40,828 nucleotides of DNA from Octopus sinensis (Eukaryota): assembly GCF_006345805.1 (NCBI RefSeq), contig NW_021832037.1:1-40828 (forward strand). The letters are read 5' to 3'. A program made the position numbers and the translations under genes. This document shows, piece by piece, positions 35,776 through 40,828 of the stretch; within the stretch, counting starts at the first letter, position 1; each line of letters starts with the position of its first letter. The notes below the pieces were generated by a model, which did no database searches, had not been told where the DNA came from, and saw only the letters and a program-made list of their open reading frames with translations.

Positions 35776-36104
35776 CTGTTGCCTTTCACCGTACTTTTTA
35801 TTCACCTGGACGGCTAATTGCAACAACAGTGATATTTCAGTCGTTGATTACTCTATCGGTGTCGACGAATGTGTCTTAAGCATGTGATTGCCAGTGTGTA
35901 CAAAGCTGCTGACAAGACTGAGAAAGGCAGAAATGTGCTTCCGGTGTTTTACATCACAGCTGGGGTCCATTATAGTCTGTTACTGATAAACTCTTGCTTT
36001 TTTTAAAAAAAGTAATTTCAAAAAGAATACCGTAGTTAATTTGCCATTCGTAGCGGACTTGCCTTAAGAATGATACACAAATAGCTACAATGATGATGAT
36101 GATG

Positions 36105-36181
<77 letters not shown>

Positions 36182-36183
<2 letters not shown>

Positions 36184-36724
36184 AATGCCGTACCAAGCAG
36201 TGGCTCTCATGGTTATTGATCTTAACTGATTGGAAGTGTTATCATGTACAAATTTAGTCTTGGTGTAAAAGATGAACTACAGCAAATATTCTGCTCAATA
36301 CCACAGATTTATTTGCCATTTGCTTGATGTTAACTAGTTGAACATGTCATTTGCTGGTTGGCAATATGTGCATCTCTGATCACGAGCAGAAGTGATGGGG
36401 GAGCATCATAGCCATATGTTGAAAGGAATTCTTTGAGGTTTGAATAATTCACCTCTGGAAATATAAGTGTTTTATACATCATCCTTAAACAACCCTTATT
36501 CAGGGACCTTTTGAGCGGGATGGGCTACTCAACTGGAAGAAAATCTTAACGGGGCTCCACCAGCAAGGTCATGCACTGTTATCTTGATATGAGATCACCA
36601 TGTCGCTCACATGTGGTTGTGATGTATATGCTTTTATCAGACGGGTAGTCATGATGGGTTTATTGGGCTTCGTATATTTGTATGCAAATGTTACTGTGAT
36701 GGCATGCACTGCTCTCTCGCTCAG
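36182..36724. repeat. ~540-bp dispersed repeat, copy 2, apparently complete
   Basis: Homologous to 409-924; (AAT)n on the left and (GAT/AAT)n on the right. Confidence 0.85.
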
Positions 36725-37582
36725 TAATTATGATGATAATGATGGTGATGATGATGATGATGATGATGATGATAATAATAATAATAATCATAACAACAAT
36801 AATTCGTCACATAGAAACAACGCCCCATATCGAGAAAGAGCGTTAAAGTCGATTATATCGCCAATGGATACAAAGAATGCTGTACAGTAGGTGGCATAAC
36901 GTAGATATGTAATGAAGTAGAAAGGTTCAAGGTGACAATTTACTAGAGTTTCATCTGTGGAATCTTCAGAATCGCAATGAGTAACTTGAAAATATTATTG
37001 CATATATTACGAAAGATAAGCGTTCAGTAAGAGTGGAGACGAGTAGAAGTCGAAATTTGGAGAGAAGAAGAAATTGAGAGATACGATAGCGAAATAGTGT
37101 TAACGACGTGTCAGAGAAGCCAATTTTAAGAGGCATATTTTAAAATTCAGATTAAAAGAGATGTAATATTTTTAAAATTCTTATTGAATTATTCAAAAAA
37201 CGGTTGAGGTGAAAAAAAATCAGTTGGATACGTGTTTTGTATTGTCATATGTGCGACGCAAATGCAATATTTTTGCAAAGCAAATCATTGCCGAGAGAGA
37301 TAAATCACACAAATTGACTAAATTTACCTATTTGTCCTGGAGAACGGCTTCGAAATATCTAAGCGTTGTAAATCGTTTGTGCATGCAAAAAGACAACACC
37401 CCTGCATGATGCTTAACAAAGAATAAGGCTGGAAGAACATTTCGAAACGACCAGAAGTGCAAGGCATACAAAGCCTACTGAAATGCTTATAAACTTTGGT
37501 TAACCATATTAATTACCCTTTGATACTGCATTTTGTGTTAGCGCGTTTGAGCTAATTCGAAGTTAAACTAATGAATGATATA

Positions 37583-37646
<64 letters not shown>

Positions 37647-37651
37647 ATTCC

Positions 37652-37684
<33 letters not shown>

Positions 37685-37703
37685 ATATTATAGATATATA
37701 TAG

Positions 37704-37738
<35 letters not shown>

Positions 37739-37789
37739 TATAAATATTTATATATATATCATCATTAGTTTAACTAATAAGTTCAAAAT

Positions 37790-37954
37790 GTGACGCGTGT
37801 GTGCCGTTGGCATTTCTTTTTCCTCCGTCTTCCTTCCCCTTTGGATCTTTCCTTTCCTATGTTTCTGACGACAGCTCTGTTCCGTCTTTCCTGAGCGTCC
37901 AATAACACTATACTTGTTCCATGTCCTCGCCTTGTTTTTTTCATGTTTGGATTA

Positions 37955-37955
<1 letters not shown>
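37790..37955 (+). mobile_element. Family P repeat with the HHR 3' half deleted
   Basis: GTGACGCGTGTGTGCCGTTGGC...CTATGTTTCTGACGACAGCTC...CCTGAGCGTCC...TTTGGATTAA then (TA)n. Confidence 0.78.
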
Positions 37956-37999
<44 letters not shown>

Positions 38000-38339
38000 T
38001 ATATATATATATATATTATATATATATACCTATATATATACATATATATCTAAATATAAATAATATATAAATATATGCATATATACATACATATATGTAC
38101 ATACCTACATAAATATGTATATATACGGGACATCAAATATATATACAGGACATAAAACAAAACGTTGAACACAATGAGAAACGAAAACATAAACACAAAA
38201 ACATAGAGATATATATGTATATATGAATATTTAGACACAAGTGCGTGTATGTATATATATATATATATATATAGATAGATAGATAGATATGTATGTATAT
38301 ATTTCTGTAGAGGAAGAGAAGTGAGATACTTTATTACTA

Positions 38340-39640
38340 ACTTTAGCTATCTAGCTTTTAACTACTATGAGGCGGGATGGCAAGATTGTTTGTGCATACA
38401 GGAAAGTTTCTCGTTGGGCCCATGGTTATGTTTATAAGAGGTGGAGTCTAGGTATGTTACTAACAGAGTATCCAACCTCTCTTTCTTTAAAGAAATTTTC
38501 GAGGAGGCAGCACTCACTACAACAATGCTCTAGCCTAAGGACGTATTAAAATACAACTCCTCTTATAATTATACGAATGATAATGATGAAGCTTAAAATA
38601 GACCAAAATAAATAATTTGGTTGGCCTCACTTTTTCCCTTAGTGTTAAAATCAACAGAGATAAAAGATTCTTGTCTCTTTTAGAGGTAAAACATTCCTGT
38701 CTCTTTTAGACAAACATTTTCCTGAAAATCGCGGGTACAGAAATATATTCTAAGAGCGCTCTGTTAAATTATCACATAGCCGTTGCGCCAGGCTGAACAG
38801 CATCATTACACGCAAACATACCTAGAGCCTACTCCCAGTTATAACTGTCGAGACTTAGGAACATGTCTCATATGGGTAGCAGACGTTACAGCAACGCATG
38901 ATGATAACAACCGAAAAGAAGACCTACATTGAGCTATGTGAAAACGACTTCAAAAATCGCTATGCTAACTACATATTTTCGTTCCGACACAGGAACATGA
39001 GTAAAGCCATTAAGTTGGTTAGACACGTATGGGATTTGAAGTCTAACGCCATACCATATAGAGTAAAGTGGAAATAGTTGAAAAGACCACACCATATGTC
39101 AACGGATAAAAAAAATGTAAGTTTTCGTACACAGATCCTTTTCAGATCTATGAGCTCTACCGCACTGCTAAGTTCCAGATCTGAAATTTTCAGCGGTTGT
39201 AAACCTATGATTAAGTTCCTATCGGCGAATTAGAAAGTATCACTCTCTCCGGATTAGGATGTTGTACCGCAGACGCTAGACCACTATACTTTCATCCATA
39301 TGACTTTACGGTCTCATTCTAACTGTTCTTGCTTTTTTCGATTTTCTTTTTCAATATCCGGCTTTTCAACCTCCCACCATTTATATCTACCCACTTCTTG
39401 CCTATTCTAGGTTTTTGCCCTCACCCTATCGTTCTATTTTTAGCTTGATATGCTATTTGGGCCCAATCTGAGGATTGCGCTAATGTACTAGACGTGTTAA
39501 AAAATGCCGTCTGAGCTGGATTCATCGTAAAAATCTAATAGTTGCTCATAAAAAATATATATTGTGTTTATTGAATGATATTTATGCCTCACCAGATAGA
39601 GTACTCTTTTTTTAATCCTACCATGGCACAACAGTACACT
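38340..39640 (+). mobile_element. Penelope-like element 3' part: RT thumb, GIY-YIG region and probable pseudo-LTR
   Basis: EIFEEAA..YNNAL; IIW...SVK...FLSLLDKHFP; NCRD..TC; KKTYIELCENDFKNRYANY..SFRH; VWDLK...YRVKW; LLSSRSEIFSGC; ORF stop near 39233; HHR-like CTGAGGATTGCGCTAAT at 39468. Confidence 0.8.
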
Positions 39641-39648
39641 ATATATAT

Positions 39649-39718
<70 letters not shown>

Positions 39719-39719
<1 letters not shown>

Positions 39720-40339
39720 ATAGTGTACATTTAAACACAAGAGAAAACTGCCTTCAACAGGCAGTTTTTACAGGCTAGAAGAAGCAGTCAAAATGACCAA
39801 AACCACATTTAAGAGCGATCTTCAAAAGAATGAAAAATAAAAACTTTTACCTTGTTATTTTATTCCGGTCATCCGAGGTTTCTAATTTTTTTTAGGAAAT
39901 GGAATAATTTGCTTGGCGAATTTTTCATCAGTGACCGCGCCATAACACTAACATATAATTAAAAGACGATTAAGACGTGTCTCTTCGTTATACATTATAA
40001 TTTTTCAAATTCACCGCGCAAGCGCAGTTTCATTCGGCAGTAAGTGATTAACTACTCATTACTCTATATATTTTACGTATATGTTTTTAGCAATTTTTAA
40101 AGATTTATTCGGCAGTTAATCATTTACTGCCGAATGAAACTGCGCTTGCGCGGTGAATTTGAAAAAATATTATGTATAAAGAAGAGACCCGAGTTAAAAA
40201 TAACAAGGTAAAAGTTTTTATTTTTCATTCTTTTGAAGATTGCTCTTAAATGTAGTTTTTGTCGGTTTGACTACTTCTTCTAGCGTGTAAAAACTGCCTG
40301 TTGAAGGCAGTTTTCTCTTGAGTTTAAATGTACACTATT
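39719..40339. mobile_element. Foldback / MITE-like element with long inverted arms
   Basis: Outer arms 39719-39862 and 40196-40339 (AATAGTGTACATTTAAAC...); inner arms 39979-40053 and 40114-40188. Confidence 0.85.
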
Positions 40340-40445
40340 TTATATTAAGAATATGTTGTCTATTGACTTTTATACATGCTTTTATTCACTGGAAGTGAAA
40401 TTTCTAAAAAAGCTCACTACCCTATATATATATATATATATATAT

Positions 40446-40485
<40 letters not shown>

Positions 40486-40486
40486 T

Positions 40487-40631
40487 ATGCAGAAAATAAC
40501 ACTGTTTGACACCGCAAGCATCCTATGTACAGTAATCTCAATACAAGTAAACAAACCACCACACATACCCATGACCCACAGAGTTGCACTCGGTAGTGCA
40601 CTGGAATGACATAGAAAAAGGAAGACTACTG
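40487..40631 (+). mobile_element. Old, diverged 3' tip related to Dong/R4 family 1
   Basis: MQKITLFDTASILCTVISIQ vs IQKIALLGTAHILRRTSIQ; 3'UTR CACATACCCA...CACAGAG.TGC.CTCGGTAGTG; followed by GAT/AAT repeats. Confidence 0.7.
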
Positions 40632-40755
40632 CATGAAAATGATGTCGATGATGATGATGATAATGGAGGAAACAACTAAAACAACAACTACAACAACACA
40701 AACAATATTGATAATGATAATAGCTATAACAAGACCAGCTAGAATAATAACGTTT

Positions 40756-40787
<32 letters not shown>

Positions 40788-40828
40788 AATAATAATGATG
40801 ATGATGATGATGATAATAACAATAAACC

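Noticed and set aside
32375-39235. Selenocysteine readthrough in the PLE ORFs (reported for some Naiad elements)
   Set aside because: Stops are mixed TAA/TAG/TGA with many frameshifts, consistent with decay.
40125-40160. HHR in the 39.7-40.3 kb foldback (GAAACTGCGC-TT-GCGCGGTG)
   Set aside because: Position 17 would be G and no CUGANGA core lies upstream.

Overview
AT-rich eukaryotic DNA that is almost entirely repeats: microsatellites ((TA)n, (TAA)n, (GATA)n, (CA)n, (GA)n), tRNA-derived SINEs and decayed retroelements. The SINE and LINE repertoire looks like an octopus genome (inference from recalled repeat families). No intact host protein-coding gene is recognisable; most supplied ORFs are translated microsatellites or transposon relics. 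Supported elements: a Chapaev3-like transposase relic, five Dong/R4-type (RLE) LINE pieces, an RTE LINE with a twin-priming-type 5' inversion, a CR1/L2 3' end, four Penelope-like (PLE) relics, a non-autonomous Helitron and about 20 SINE copies. The main hidden signal is a set of hammerhead-ribozyme (HHR) motifs. A 354-bp tandem repeat at 9276-9949 carries a canonical type I HHR with a palindromic stem III, as in retrozymes. A PLE 3' end at 5526-6270 is flanked by inverted pseudo-LTRs with a variant HHR. Two foldback elements are centred on the HHR stem II/3' half. Two dispersed families carry minimal HHR motifs next to (TA)n or other microsatellites. All ribozyme activity is predicted by eye, not tested. 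Some 1-bp indels may be long-read consensus errors.
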